Virus record (IMG/VR): IMGVR_UViG_3300031949_000059
Coordinates: 1 to 48,579 of that record
Direction: 5' to 3' (one strand)
DNA: 48,579 nucleotides
DNA from: a virus
Lineage: Duplodnaviria > Caudoviricetes
Both the position numbers and the translations under genes were made by a program. Positions 23,117-33,296 of this stretch are shown piece by piece (within the stretch, counting starts at the first letter, position 1; the number at the start of each line of letters is the position of its first letter). The notes under the pieces were generated by a model, which was not told the DNA's origin, made no database searches, and was given only the letters and a program-made list of their open reading frames with translations.

Positions 23117-25225
23117 ATGAATATAAAACAACCACTGAAAATAGACACTCTGATAAAGAGCAAAAACATAGCTGAACTTCTGGCAGAGGAAGACCTTGTA
23201 ACCATTGCACAGCGGGTTATTCATGACTATGATATAGATTTAGAGTCTCGGGCTGACTGGGAGACACGCAATGCTGATTCGTTAAAGCTGGCGCTTCAAC
23301 TGACTACACAGAAGAGCATACCATGGCCCAACTGTGCCAACGTGATGTACCCGCTAATTACTATGGCGGCAATGCAGTGCCATGCAAGGGAGTATCCGGC
23401 CCTAATTGTAGGTTCCGAACCAGTTAAATGTCGGGTTGTAGGCAGGGATGAACGGGGATTAAAAACGCTTCGCGCAGGTCGGGTATCAGCCCATATGAGT
23501 TACCAACTGCTTGAGGAGGATACCAACTGGGAAGAGGAAATGGACAGGGTGCTTTTCACAAAAGGCATTATCGGTTCAGCCTTTAAGAAGGTGTACTATG
23601 ACCCCGCACTTCAACATAATGTGGCCGAAGGAGTCCTTGCACAGGACTTGGTGATTCCCTACAAAGCAAAGTCGCTTGAAAAAGCATCCAGAATCACCCA
23701 GAAAATAGAGTTATCACGTAACACCATATACGAACGGGTTGCTCGTGGCATCTATCTCGACCTGCAAACAGAGCAGGGGCAACAGACACGAGACACAACC
23801 ACAGAGCAACAGCAGGTATCAGACACACTGCAAGGGCAGACCCCAGCGTCAGGTGATTTTGATACACCCCTACTGGTTCTGGAACAGCACCGCTACCTTG
23901 ATTTGGATGGTGATGGTTATGAGGAGCCATATATTGTTACGGTTGAGAAAGAAAGCAAAAAGATTCGCAGAATAGTTGCACGGTATTTCAAGGACAGTAT
24001 TACCACCCGTAAGGTTCTTGGGGAAGTAAAGATACTGTATATCAAACCGCAACACTTTTATGTGAAGTATGGAATGCTGCCGTCCCCAGATGGTGGTATT
24101 TATGATATCGGTTTTGGTGCCCTGCTGGGGTCTATCAACCACACGGTAAACACCGTGATAAACCAATTGCTCGACCAAGGCACATTAGCCACCCTCGGTG
24201 GTGGTTTCTTGGGACGGGGTGCAAAACTTCGCAGGGGGCAGGCGCAATTCCTTCCCGGTGAATGGAAGCAGGTTGATGGTTCCGGGAATGATTTAAAAAA
24301 CAGTGTTGTTCCCCTGCCGATTAACCCACCTTCGCAGGTACTCTTTTCACTTCTGGGCCTGCTTATAAATGCAGGTGAGCGGGTAGTAGGCACCACCGAG
24401 ATAATGACTGGTGATAACATTGGTCAAAATACACCAGCGCAGACAGCACAGGAAATGGTTAAGCAAGGTTCTGTAGTGTTTGGTGGAATTTTCAAACGCA
24501 CATACCGTAGCCTCAAGAAAGAGTTTCAGCTATGGTATAGACTCAACCAGATTTACATTGAGGATAACCAATCATTTACCGACCTCACCACAGGGAATGA
24601 CGCAATGGTCATGCCAGAGGATTATCAAGGCAGTGAGAACGAAGTAAAACCATCCGCCGACCCGAACATATCCAGTGTAGAAAAAAGAGTGCAGCAAGCA
24701 ATGTTCCTGAAACAAATGTCAGCCTCGGGGCCGGGATACATCCCACTAGCAATTGAGAAGCGGTTGCTGGAAGCAGCACAAATACCCTACCTGTCTGAGG
24801 TATGGGACGGACAATCACCACCACCAGCCAATCCAAAAGTACAGGCAGAACAAGCCCGACTAGAGTTTGACATGATGAAGTTGAAGGCTGATATGCAGTA
24901 CAAGCAGTTGGCATTGATGCTTGAGGCACAGAAGGTTTCTGCTGAAATACAAGAACTGCAAGCTAGGGCAGCACAGGAAATGGCTAACGCAGAAGGTATG
25001 CAGGCCGGTCACATGATAGCCCTGCTTAATGCGGAGATTGGGGCAAAGAAACATCAACAGGATGGATTGCTACAAACTATTAAGGTAATTAAGGAACTGG
25101 TAGATTCCACACAGGTAGCACAACAAGGAGGTAAGGATGGAGGAGTTCAAGTTTCAACTGACCAAGGAGGAATGGGAGCAATGGCGGCACAACCCGGTAA
25201 CCAAGGAGGCTTTGCGCTACCTTAG
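23117..25225 (+). CDS. Portal protein (P22-like)
   Basis: 702 aa after terL; SR..WE, PW....N..YP, G.AFKKVY.D, EQH..LDLDGDG..EPY motifs; Q-rich C-terminal coil. Confidence 0.88.
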   Translation: MNIKQPLKIDTLIKSKNIAELLAEEDLVTIAQRVIHDYDIDLESRADWETRNADSLKLALQLTTQKSIPWPNCANVMYPLITMAAMQCHAREYPALIVGSEPVKCRVVGRDERGLKTLRAGRVSAHMSYQLLEEDTNWEEEMDRVLFTKGIIGSAFKKVYYDPALQHNVAEGVLAQDLVIPYKAKSLEKASRITQKIELSRNTIYERVARGIYLDLQTEQGQQTRDTTTEQQQVSDTLQGQTPASGDFDTPLLVLEQHRYLDLDGDGYEEPYIVTVEKESKKIRRIVARYFKDSITTRKVLGEVKILYIKPQHFYVKYGMLPSPDGGIYDIGFGALLGSINHTVNTVINQLLDQGTLATLGGGFLGRGAKLRRGQAQFLPGEWKQVDGSGNDLKNSVVPLPINPPSQVLFSLLGLLINAGERVVGTTEIMTGDNIGQNTPAQTAQEMVKQGSVVFGGIFKRTYRSLKKEFQLWYRLNQIYIEDNQSFTDLTTGNDAMVMPEDYQGSENEVKPSADPNISSVEKRVQQAMFLKQMSASGPGYIPLAIEKRLLEAAQIPYLSEVWDGQSPPPANPKVQAEQARLEFDMMKLKADMQYKQLALMLEAQKVSAEIQELQARAAQEMANAEGMQAGHMIALLNAEIGAKKHQQDGLLQTIKVIKELVDSTQVAQQGGKDGGVQVSTDQGGMGAMAAQPGNQGGFALP

Positions 25226-25403
25226 ACACACCGAGGTGGAGCTGGCAGAGGACTGGGCCAATGGAGCATTTGAAGGAAAGACGCAAGATGAGACCGGGTA
25301 TTTGAGTTCAATGGCACGTAACAGAATTATGGCGCTACAGACAATCAGGCAAGAGATATTTGAGCAGGTTATAGAGACAGGAGAAACGGGTAATGCAAAA
25401 TAA
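25137..25403 (+). CDS. Conserved hypothetical protein downstream of portal
   Basis: GGAGG RBS; W..W...PVT motif. Confidence 0.65.
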   Translation: MEEFKFQLTKEEWEQWRHNPVTKEALRYLRHTEVELAEDWANGAFEGKTQDETGYLSSMARNRIMALQTIRQEIFEQVIETGETGNAK

Positions 25404-25713
25404 TAGTGGTTGGTTTCCTTTGTTGCATAAAATTATTGTACTGCCAAAGGATGCTGAAATAAAGAAAGGACAGGTGTATATCCCCGAAGAGTTCACACAA
25501 AGGGATGACCAGATACAGGTAGAGGGAGTTGTTGTTGCCCTTGGCCCGGAGGTCTTCTCAGATAAGCGCAACTCGGTAGCACCAAAACTAGGTGATACTA
25601 TAATGTTTGGTAAACTAGCAGGTAGTTTTTTCAAGGGTCTTGATGGGGTAAAATACCGCATGATTCAAGACTTGGACTTAGTGGCAATCAAGGGAGGAAG
25701 TAGCAATGAATGA
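25393..25713 (+). CDS. groES: GroES-like co-chaperonin
   Basis: PL...I.V, G.Y.IP, GVVVALGP, GD.I.F.K..G, Y.MI...D..A. Confidence 0.85.
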   Translation: MQNNSGWFPLLHKIIVLPKDAEIKKGQVYIPEEFTQRDDQIQVEGVVVALGPEVFSDKRNSVAPKLGDTIMFGKLAGSFFKGLDGVKYRMIQDLDLVAIKGGSSNE

Positions 25714-26500
25714 GGCAGAGGTGTTAGCAAAAGCACAAACACTGGGGTATGATGCAGACAGGTACCCACAGGATGACCCGCGCTGGAAAAGCCCGGAGCA
25801 GTTTCTCACATTTGGGGAGGAGTTAAACCCCATCCTGCGTGAAAACAACAAGCGGCTTGAACAGGCGAACAAAGAACTGGAAGCGCGCATTGAAAAAATT
25901 CAGATAGAGGTTGCCAAGTTTGCCAAGGTGCATGAGGAAACAAGTAAGACGGCGTATGCCAAAGCATTGGCAGATTTGAAAGCAGAAAAAAAGACAGCGT
26001 ATGAAGAACAGGACTACGACAAGGTAGTTGAACTTGACGACAAGATAGAAGAAACCAAAGAGGCAGCAAAGAAAGAGGAAGCCAAACCGGAGGCCAAGAC
26101 GGAAACACCAGCAGTTGACCCAGAAGCTCAGAAGGTTTACAGCGAGTGGGCCAGCCGGAAGGACAACCAGTGGATTAAAAATACAGAGGCAGAGGCGTAT
26201 GCTCTTGCTATTGGTCAGGTAATGGCCAAGCAGGGTGTATCCCACACCGGAAAGAACTTCAAACCGTTTCTTGAGGAAGTCACAGAGAGAGTTAAAGGAC
26301 GATTTCCAGAATTGTTTGAGGGTACAAAGAGAGAGGATGCAGCCCGCGTCGAGGGTGGGGGTGATGGTGGTAGCTTTATAGCAAAGAGTAAGCACACCTA
26401 TGTAAACCTACCACAGGAGGCAAAAGAAGCCTGCGATTTGTTGATAACAACAATTCCCAACTACACCAAAGAGAAGTATTGTGCTGCCTACAAGTGGTAA
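25706..26500 (+). CDS. Capsid scaffolding protein
   Basis: Charged coiled coil; located between portal and capsid genes. Confidence 0.7.
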   Translation: MNEAEVLAKAQTLGYDADRYPQDDPRWKSPEQFLTFGEELNPILRENNKRLEQANKELEARIEKIQIEVAKFAKVHEETSKTAYAKALADLKAEKKTAYEEQDYDKVVELDDKIEETKEAAKKEEAKPEAKTETPAVDPEAQKVYSEWASRKDNQWIKNTEAEAYALAIGQVMAKQGVSHTGKNFKPFLEEVTERVKGRFPELFEGTKREDAARVEGGGDGGSFIAKSKHTYVNLPQEAKEACDLLITTIPNYTKEKYCAAYKW

Positions 26501-26515
26501 TAAGGAGATAGAAAA

Positions 26516-27001
26516 ATGTTACAACAGTTTCAGATAGAAGAAGAGCAACAGGGCACAACCATCAGAACCTCCGCAGAGCGCATTGCAGGAGAGACACGAA
26601 GAAGCCGCAGAGAGTTCAATGGAACTGTCCTGCACCTACAGTTAGATACGAGAGTGGTAGAAGAACTATCACAAAAGGGACACTTATGTTGGGTCAATGA
26701 TGACCTAAAAGGCAGTATGAGAATGTATGAACAGATAGGCTATAGGTATATCACAAACAGAGAAGCCTATGGCGCGAGAGAAGATTTAGAACCCGAAGAC
26801 CGGGTCTGTGTTCGTTTTGGCACCGCAGATAAGGATAACCACCCACAAGATATTTACTTGATGATTCAACCATGGGCTTTTTACGAGGAAGACCAAGCAG
26901 AAATACAAAAAGCAAATGACAAGATAGACAAGCAGATTGTGGAAGGTGACAATATCTCCCCAGTAAAAGGGGAACAGCGAAAAGTCAAATACGAACGATA
27001 A
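26516..27001 (+). CDS. Conserved head-module hypothetical protein
   Basis: AAGGAG RBS; WVND...GY and YLM...FY.EDQ motifs. Confidence 0.65.
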   Translation: MLQQFQIEEEQQGTTIRTSAERIAGETRRSRREFNGTVLHLQLDTRVVEELSQKGHLCWVNDDLKGSMRMYEQIGYRYITNREAYGAREDLEPEDRVCVRFGTADKDNHPQDIYLMIQPWAFYEEDQAEIQKANDKIDKQIVEGDNISPVKGEQRKVKYER

Positions 27002-27026
27002 CAAATTTTTAACTTAGGAGTAACAA

Positions 27027-27641
27027 ATGGCTAACACAAACGCGCCCTTCGGCCTTCGGCCTGTGGGGCATCTAAACGGCAGCACATGGAACGGTCAAAC
27101 AAACCTGTACTATGTGCCAGCCAGCAATGGTAGTGCTATCTATCTTGGCGACCTCGTAAAGAGTCTCGCTGATGGTGATGCAAATGGTGTTCCCGGTGTG
27201 CAGAAAGCGGCTGCTGGGGATGTTCCGCGTGGTGTTGTTGTAGGTATTCGTGCCGTCTATCCGGGGGTTTCTCTGGTAGGTAGTGCGCTGAATCTGGAAC
27301 AGCCCGGTTATATCTCAGCCACAAATGTGGATGCAGTCTATGTGGATGTAGCGGACGCACCTGACTTGGTGAGTGAGGTTCAGACAGGAGCAACAGCCAC
27401 CAATCTGGTAGCCACGAAGCTGAACCTGAATGCTGACATTACAGTAGCTGCCCCTTCTCCCGCGACAAACCCGTTGTCTGCTACTGTTATAGACAACTCG
27501 ACAATCACAACCACCAGCACTCGCATCTTGAAACTGCGTGGGCTTGTACGCGAACCCAATAATGCCCTTGGTGCCTATGAGAAAGTGTTGGTGTCGTTTA
27601 ACCGGCATGAACTGTCTGGTGCGGGCACTACTGCAATCTAA
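27027..27641 (+). CDS. Capsid decoration/cement protein
   Basis: MAN..APFGLRP, I..GD.V motifs; directly upstream of MCP. Confidence 0.65.
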   Translation: MANTNAPFGLRPVGHLNGSTWNGQTNLYYVPASNGSAIYLGDLVKSLADGDANGVPGVQKAAAGDVPRGVVVGIRAVYPGVSLVGSALNLEQPGYISATNVDAVYVDVADAPDLVSEVQTGATATNLVATKLNLNADITVAAPSPATNPLSATVIDNSTITTTSTRILKLRGLVREPNNALGAYEKVLVSFNRHELSGAGTTAI

Positions 27642-27653
27642 GGAGAATAAATA

Positions 27654-28565
27654 ATGGCAACACCAATCAACACAGGCACGTTTTTAAAGGCCCAGTATCC
27701 GGGCGTGCTGGATTTTTTTCAAAAGGCGTCTACTGATTACAATGCTATGCACACCCGCATCTTTGAACAGCGTGTATCCAGTCGGGGCTGGGAGGACTTG
27801 GTAGAATACACCGGGTTTGGTCTGGCTTCGGTCAAAGACCAAGGTGCAGCAGGCGCATACGACACCCATATTCAGGGTGATGTGGCGCGCTTTGTACATA
27901 TTGCATATGAGAACGGCTTTCAGGTGACGCACGAAGAGATTCAAGATAACCTGTACCCAGTTTTGTCCCAATCCCGGCCAAAAGAACTGCGCCGGTCTAT
28001 GGACAGAACCCGCGAGTATGTTCATGCAAACATCTTCAACAGGGCAGGCAATGCCAGTTATGTTGGGGCTGATGATGCGACTCTGCTTAACACCGCGCAT
28101 ACCTACAAAACCGGGTATACCTACGCGAATAGGCCCGCAGTAGATACCGCGCTGAGTGAGGCGGCGATTGAGGATATGATTATCCTCTTGCAGGCAACCA
28201 CAGATTCCCGTGGTCTTCCGGCACTGCTTCAACAAAAGCGCCTTATCATCCACCGGAACGAACAGTTTAATGCTGCACGCATCCTGCAAAGCCCGTATCA
28301 GTCGGGTGGTGCTGATAACAACATCAACGTCCTAAAGGCTCAGGGTGTTATTCCTGAAATTATTGTCTGGCAGTACCTGACAAGTGCAGGTGCGTGGTTT
28401 ATTCAGACTGATGCGCCGGTAGGTTTGCTTACATTGGACAGGGAGCCAATCAGTCTTCGTGATGATAGCGACTTTGAGACTCTGAATGCCAAATACAAGG
28501 CTTATATGCGTTTCTCCGCAGGTTGGGGTAATGCGCAGGCTCTGTATGGTAGCACCGGAGCGTAA
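27654..28565 (+). CDS. Major capsid protein (HK97 fold)
   Basis: AAGGAG RBS; GFGLA.VK..G...YD, T.E.I.DNLY, YLT...AWF, R.S.GW...YGS.G. Confidence 0.88.
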   Translation: MATPINTGTFLKAQYPGVLDFFQKASTDYNAMHTRIFEQRVSSRGWEDLVEYTGFGLASVKDQGAAGAYDTHIQGDVARFVHIAYENGFQVTHEEIQDNLYPVLSQSRPKELRRSMDRTREYVHANIFNRAGNASYVGADDATLLNTAHTYKTGYTYANRPAVDTALSEAAIEDMIILLQATTDSRGLPALLQQKRLIIHRNEQFNAARILQSPYQSGGADNNINVLKAQGVIPEIIVWQYLTSAGAWFIQTDAPVGLLTLDREPISLRDDSDFETLNAKYKAYMRFSAGWGNAQALYGSTGA

Positions 28566-28572
28566 TGAGTAT

Positions 28573-28592
28573 AGGGGGCTAATAACCCCCCT
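28573..28592 (+). terminator. Hairpin after MCP
   Basis: GGGGG-CTAATAA-CCCCC; weak U tract. Confidence 0.45.
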
Positions 28593-28609
28593 GTACCTTG
28601 GGGAAGAAC

Positions 28610-28729
28610 ATGGCAAAAGCAAAAAAGGAAGTAGCCCAATCCAAGGGTAGTGCACCGGGATTAGGTGAGGAAAGCGGTGTGAAAAAACATCGGATGATAC
28701 CACCGCCAAAGGTAGCAAAGAGTACATAA
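28610..28729 (+). CDS. 39-aa basic peptide (not in ORF track)
   Basis: GGGGA RBS; MAKAKKEVAQSKG... Confidence 0.4.
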   Translation: MAKAKKEVAQSKGSAPGLGEESGVKKHRMIPPPKVAKST

Positions 28730-28795
28730 AGAACTTTACACGGCCCTGTCAGGCTGTTGGGAAACCTCCCGAGTAAAGGTAATAGGAGAAACACA

Positions 28796-29824
28796 ATGAC
28801 AACATTTGCAGATGGTCTGTATCAATATGGAGGGCAACCAGTAGGCAATGGTCTGCCTGTCCCATTTACAGGAAAGGCTTGGTTTGTAAACCCAGCCACA
28901 GGTTCAGATGGCAACACAGGTAAGACCCCGACGAAGGCGTTTGCAACGCTGTATCAGGCTCTGGCCAAGTGTACCGCAGGAAACAACGATGTAGTTTATT
29001 TGATTGCCAATGGTAGCTCCACAGGCTTTGCTCGTTTGAGCGTAGCACTGGCCGCGAGTATAGATTCGACGGCAACAGCAGGAACATTGGTATGGAACAA
29101 GGCGAACACCCACTTGGTTGGGGTATGCGCACCTGGAGTGGGGGCACGGGCAAGTATTCGTCCGCCTACTGGAACATACACTGCGGCAACCTTTAATGCG
29201 GCACCGTTTATCACGGTAAGTGCGAATGGTTGCTACTTTGCCAACTTTGGTGCTATGGATGAGTTCTCCACTGGAGCCGATGGGCAGATTCTGTTCAATG
29301 TAACAGGCAGCTACAATGTATTCAACAATGTATCTATGTTGGGTTTTGGCGTAGCCGCAACGGCAGAGGGTGCAGCAAGCCGCACACTTAAGGTTGGTGG
29401 TGGTGGTGAGAACACCTTTATCAACTGCCAGATAGGGGTAGACACAATTACCCGTTCAGCAGCGAATTACAATGTGGAGTTTGTTTCTGGTTCAGCACGC
29501 AACAGGTTTATTAAGTGTGTATTCCCAGTAGAGACAGATGATATTACCGCCGGAATTGGCTTGGTCACAGGCACAGGGCTGGGTCGCTGGGTCATCTTTG
29601 ATGACTGCTTGTTTATCAGTGCGGTAGATAACTCCTCCTCTGTAATTACAAATGCGTTTGTAGCTACAGCAGCAGGCACCAATGGCTCTATCATCCTCTC
29701 ACACTGCAACTCTGTTGGTGTAGATGAATGGGGTGACACAAACGCGAAGGCAAATATGTTTGTGGATAATGTTGGTGGTGCAGCTACTGCTGGCATGATG
29801 CTCGCTCCGACTACCTCATCCTAA
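28796..29824 (+). CDS. Virion protein with putative beta-helix (pectin lyase-like) domain
   Basis: AGGAG RBS; WFVNP..GSD.N.G......F.TL..A.....D.V motif; Gly/Asn beta-repeats. Confidence 0.65.
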   Translation: MTTFADGLYQYGGQPVGNGLPVPFTGKAWFVNPATGSDGNTGKTPTKAFATLYQALAKCTAGNNDVVYLIANGSSTGFARLSVALAASIDSTATAGTLVWNKANTHLVGVCAPGVGARASIRPPTGTYTAATFNAAPFITVSANGCYFANFGAMDEFSTGADGQILFNVTGSYNVFNNVSMLGFGVAATAEGAASRTLKVGGGGENTFINCQIGVDTITRSAANYNVEFVSGSARNRFIKCVFPVETDDITAGIGLVTGTGLGRWVIFDDCLFISAVDNSSSVITNAFVATAAGTNGSIILSHCNSVGVDEWGDTNAKANMFVDNVGGAATAGMMLAPTTSS

Positions 29825-29845
29825 TAATTGAAGGGAATATATAAA

Positions 29846-30373
29846 ATGTCTTACACAGACCAATGGTTTTTTGAACAAGCCCGTCTGGGCAAACTATACC
29901 ACGCCTGCACCACAGGGGAGGTAACTCTATCCACGGTGAGTGCTACATGCACCGGCCTTTCACTTTCTAACCCAGCAGGTTCTGGCAAGAAGTTGGTGTT
30001 GAAGAGGGCTACATTTGTACCTTCCACTGCCCCCGCCGGTGCTGCTGTTGTAGGTCTTGCTGTTAGTCCTGCCGTCAGTGAAACAGCAGTAACTCATACA
30101 ACCCCGGCAGTGATTCATAATGCGCTTGCTACAGGTAGTAACCTGAATGTAGGGGTAGCCAAGGCGGATTCCTCTTCTACTCTTCCTGCGGCTCCTGTGT
30201 GGTTGAAGCCTCTGGGTTCTGTTGTGGCTGCAAGTTCGATTTCCCCCGCAGCATACAATGAGGAAATCAACGGTGAGATTATCCTGCCTCCGGGCACCAA
30301 CATTTCGTTCTCCTATTTGACCACAGCAGCACTAGGTATCGCTGCGTTTATCTGGGCTGAAATTGACGACTAA
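29846..30373 (+). CDS. Putative virion structural protein
   Basis: L.NP.GSGK.L, I.LPPG, W.E motifs; in the structural module. Confidence 0.6.
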   Translation: MSYTDQWFFEQARLGKLYHACTTGEVTLSTVSATCTGLSLSNPAGSGKKLVLKRATFVPSTAPAGAAVVGLAVSPAVSETAVTHTTPAVIHNALATGSNLNVGVAKADSSSTLPAAPVWLKPLGSVVAASSISPAAYNEEINGEIILPPGTNISFSYLTTAALGIAAFIWAEIDD

Positions 30374-30379
30374 ATAAGG

Positions 30380-30398
30380 AGGGGGCGAAAGCCCCTTT
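30380..30398 (+). terminator. Rho-independent terminator
   Basis: GGGGC-GAAA-GCCCC-TTT. Confidence 0.65.
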
Positions 30399-30413
30399 CC
30401 GAAGGAGCAAGAA

Positions 30414-30821
30414 ATGGCAAATGTAATAGAGACAACAGTGATTGAGGACGGCCCCCGCAATGTTATTGTGCATGTGTACTTGTCTAGTGATGGGGCTAGT
30501 GGTGAGGTGGATAAAGAGGTGATTATAGACCCGACACAATTAGTTCCAGCCCTTGCTGGTGTGCCTACCCTAACGGTAATGAAACTGTTTTATGACTTGA
30601 ATGGATTCAATGCAGAACTGTCCTTTGACTATCTGGTATCAGATACCCCGCTATGGGTGATGTCCGGGCCGGGAAGCAGTCATGTATGCTTTAAAGAATT
30701 TGGGGGCCTGAAAGACCGGTCTAATGTTTTGGATGGTACTGGCAAGTTGCAACTGACTACCAGCGGGTTTACCTCGGTGGGGGATAAAGGCAGCATTATC
30801 ATCCACGCAAGGAAAGATTAA
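30414..30821 (+). CDS. Conserved virion-module protein
   Basis: AAGGAG RBS; DG.RN and F..FGGL...G.TG motifs. Confidence 0.65.
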   Translation: MANVIETTVIEDGPRNVIVHVYLSSDGASGEVDKEVIIDPTQLVPALAGVPTLTVMKLFYDLNGFNAELSFDYLVSDTPLWVMSGPGSSHVCFKEFGGLKDRSNVLDGTGKLQLTTSGFTSVGDKGSIIIHARKD

Positions 30822-30822
30822 C

Positions 30823-31281
30823 ATGGGCAACACACACTACACCCCCGGTGATTGGAACGCAATCTGTGATGTTTGTGGATTCAAATACAAGGCATCTGAA
30901 TTACGGTTGCGTTGGGATGGGGCAATGGTGTGCAGGAAGGACTGGGAGGTTCGTCCGCCGCAAGACTTTGTACGGGGGATTAAAGAACAGGCCGGTGTCC
31001 CATACAGTCGCCCAGAAGCTGCTGATAGAGCTACCACAGGATACAAGCAGGCCCTTGCTGGGGCTACTGCTGTTGCACACACAGACATGGGGTTAGATAA
31101 CCGTGTGATTGTGGATGTGGTAGAGCAGGTATACGGGGTGTACACACAAGGGGCTGCTACCATTACGATAGGGGCTACTGTGGTATCTGGGGATACTGTC
31201 ATAGTTCGGGGTATGACCACAAAAGGTGTTGCAGTGACTATCATTGATAATGGAACAGGCACATTGGAGCAAATAGCATGA
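30823..31281 (+). CDS. Protein with N-terminal Zn-finger-like motif
   Basis: AICDVCGF...W.G..VC...E...PQ. Confidence 0.65.
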   Translation: MGNTHYTPGDWNAICDVCGFKYKASELRLRWDGAMVCRKDWEVRPPQDFVRGIKEQAGVPYSRPEAADRATTGYKQALAGATAVAHTDMGLDNRVIVDVVEQVYGVYTQGAATITIGATVVSGDTVIVRGMTTKGVAVTIIDNGTGTLEQIA

Positions 31282-32000
31282 CCGCACGGACAACCACCTT
31301 TAGCGTGACTCGGGATGATATTATTAAAGCAGCACTGCGCAAACTGGGAGTCTTGGGTGAGGGTGAAGTACCCTCTGCCGAGGATACAACAAACTGCGCG
31401 TTTGCCTTGAACCTGCTGCTTAAAGCGATGGAAGTTGATAGCATATATCTGTGGAAACTCTCTGATATAACACTACCGCTGCTCTCGGGCACAAACTCGT
31501 ATCAGATAGGCCCCACAGCCACAGGGACGGGTGCTTTGGTTACAGACCGCCCAAACCGTATTCTGGATACCTGCTTTGTCCGGGATGCATCTAACATAGA
31601 TACACCCGTAGCGGTGATTACAAAGCAGGAGTATAACAGACTGAGTGCTAAAAGCACTAGCAGTAATGTAACACAGATATATTATGACCAACAGATAACC
31701 AATGGGGTGCTAAAGGTTTATGGCACGCCGTCAGATAGTACACACAACCTGTACCTATCCTGCCAGATTCCCATCTATGATTTCAGTAGCGGGTCTGAGG
31801 TTTTGGACATACCACAGGAAGGTTATCAAGCCGTTGTGTATGGTCTTGCTGATGAGGTTATGGATGAGTACCCAAAACCCCCAGCAGCCACGATGCAAAG
31901 AATTGTAGCAAAGGCAGCAATGTACAGGATGCAGTTAGCCGACTTTAGCCAAGAGGATGGCTCAGTCTTTCTTCAACCGAATATGCAGGCGTATAGATAA
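31278..32000 (+). CDS. Head-tail adaptor / tail tubular protein A (P22 gp4-like)
   Basis: DII..ALRKLGVL..GE.P.AE.....LN motif; position in module. Confidence 0.75.
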   Translation: MTARTTTFSVTRDDIIKAALRKLGVLGEGEVPSAEDTTNCAFALNLLLKAMEVDSIYLWKLSDITLPLLSGTNSYQIGPTATGTGALVTDRPNRILDTCFVRDASNIDTPVAVITKQEYNRLSAKSTSSNVTQIYYDQQITNGVLKVYGTPSDSTHNLYLSCQIPIYDFSSGSEVLDIPQEGYQAVVYGLADEVMDEYPKPPAATMQRIVAKAAMYRMQLADFSQEDGSVFLQPNMQAYR

Positions 32001-32002
32001 TC

Positions 32003-32287
32003 ATGCCCTCTATCCCACTTCTTACTGCGCTGGAAAACCGCACCAGTTCACTGGCTAAGGATGCAAAACTGGTCAACGGGTATGGCGAACTGAAAGGGCA
32101 GGACAGGGTCTTTGCAGTTAAACGTCCGGGGTTTACCTCCGACACAGTGTATGTGGCTGCTGCTGCACAGGGTCTGCACACCTATCTTGACGTGCTTAGA
32201 GTGGTGGTGACCAATCGGTTTTACACAACGTCCTCAACGTATGAGACAATTACGAATGCCGCTGGAAACAGGGTTGACTTTGTATGA
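32003..32287 (+). CDS. P22 gp10-like tail hub, N-terminal fragment A
   Basis: IPL...NR....KD.KL.NGY.E...VKRPG motif. Confidence 0.65.
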   Translation: MPSIPLLTALENRTSSLAKDAKLVNGYGELKGQDRVFAVKRPGFTSDTVYVAAAAQGLHTYLDVLRVVVTNRFYTTSSTYETITNAAGNRVDFV

Positions 32288-32454
32288 GCAAGACAGTGTC
32301 TATCCCTATGGTACTTCCCATAGGTAATAGAAGTTCCCCACCAATAAAAGACCAGAAGATTGCAAACGGGTATGCGGAGATTATCCGCAAGAACACGGTG
32401 ATGTTGGTAAAACGTCCGGGTATTGAGTTTCATTTACAAATGCCTATAGTATGA
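32284..32454 (+). CDS. 56-aa paralog of the gp10-like N-terminus (fragment A'; not in ORF track)
   Basis: MSKTVSIPMVLPIGNRSSPPIKDQKIANGYAEIIRKNTVMLVKRPGIEF aligns with fragment A; ATGA coupling at both ends. Confidence 0.65.
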   Translation: MSKTVSIPMVLPIGNRSSPPIKDQKIANGYAEIIRKNTVMLVKRPGIEFHLQMPIV

Positions 32455-33296
32455 CTATCAATCAACCACAACTATTTATAAATTTCTTTGATACCCTTGT
32501 TGTGGGTATGAATCAGATTTTATATGCCGGTGCTAACCAACACCCCTTTGGTGACTCAGGGATATGTGATTATTCTATAAGCACAGGTGAACCGGGTGCC
32601 GCCCTTGACCCGGTAGACACAGTGGGTGGGGCTACACTAAGTTGTCGCTGTGAAATGTGGAGGCCAACACCGCTGGAATGTAACGCAATCATAAGTGCAT
32701 GGGAGGGTTCTATTGATCGCACAATAGATGTGTGGTTTGGTTACTTTTCAGCACCAGCAGATACTACCGAGGCCCCCACACTAAACGCACCGGGCCGTGA
32801 GGCCACTTTTCTGGTAACCCGGTACACGGTGCCCACCAACACAATAAACGGGTGGTCTTTTGCCCACCATGTATCTAATGGGTTACCTACCCCAGCAACA
32901 TGGTATAACACGGAGGTTACCACCGGAGAAGTAAATGTGGACACTCATGTGTCTTGGGATGGAAGCACCCTCCCCTTTCAGGTGTTGTCCTTCAATGACA
33001 TATGGACAATTGCATGTACAGACTTTGTCACGCTTGCAGGTAGTTCTGATTTGGCCTACTATTCAGAATCCCCACACTATACTGTAGAAGCCTTCAATAC
33101 CGCCTTTAAAGTAGCCTCTGGCGGCTGGTCTGCTAGTGACTTTGGTGCCATAAGGGTCAACATGCAAACCTTCTGGCGGTGGGCTGTACGGCGTAGGGAT
33201 AGTACCACGGTGATTATGGAGGCGATTACTCCGGGACAGTTTGCCTCCTTACTAGCCACCTATCCATCACAGTCATACACTTATCAGGAAGCATAA
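32451..33296 (+). CDS. Hypothetical beta-rich protein inserted in the tail-hub locus
   Basis: 281-aa ORF with ATGA and TAATG coupling; rich in Trp/Thr. Confidence 0.6.
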   Translation: MTINQPQLFINFFDTLVVGMNQILYAGANQHPFGDSGICDYSISTGEPGAALDPVDTVGGATLSCRCEMWRPTPLECNAIISAWEGSIDRTIDVWFGYFSAPADTTEAPTLNAPGREATFLVTRYTVPTNTINGWSFAHHVSNGLPTPATWYNTEVTTGEVNVDTHVSWDGSTLPFQVLSFNDIWTIACTDFVTLAGSSDLAYYSESPHYTVEAFNTAFKVASGGWSASDFGAIRVNMQTFWRWAVRRRDSTTVIMEAITPGQFASLLATYPSQSYTYQEA

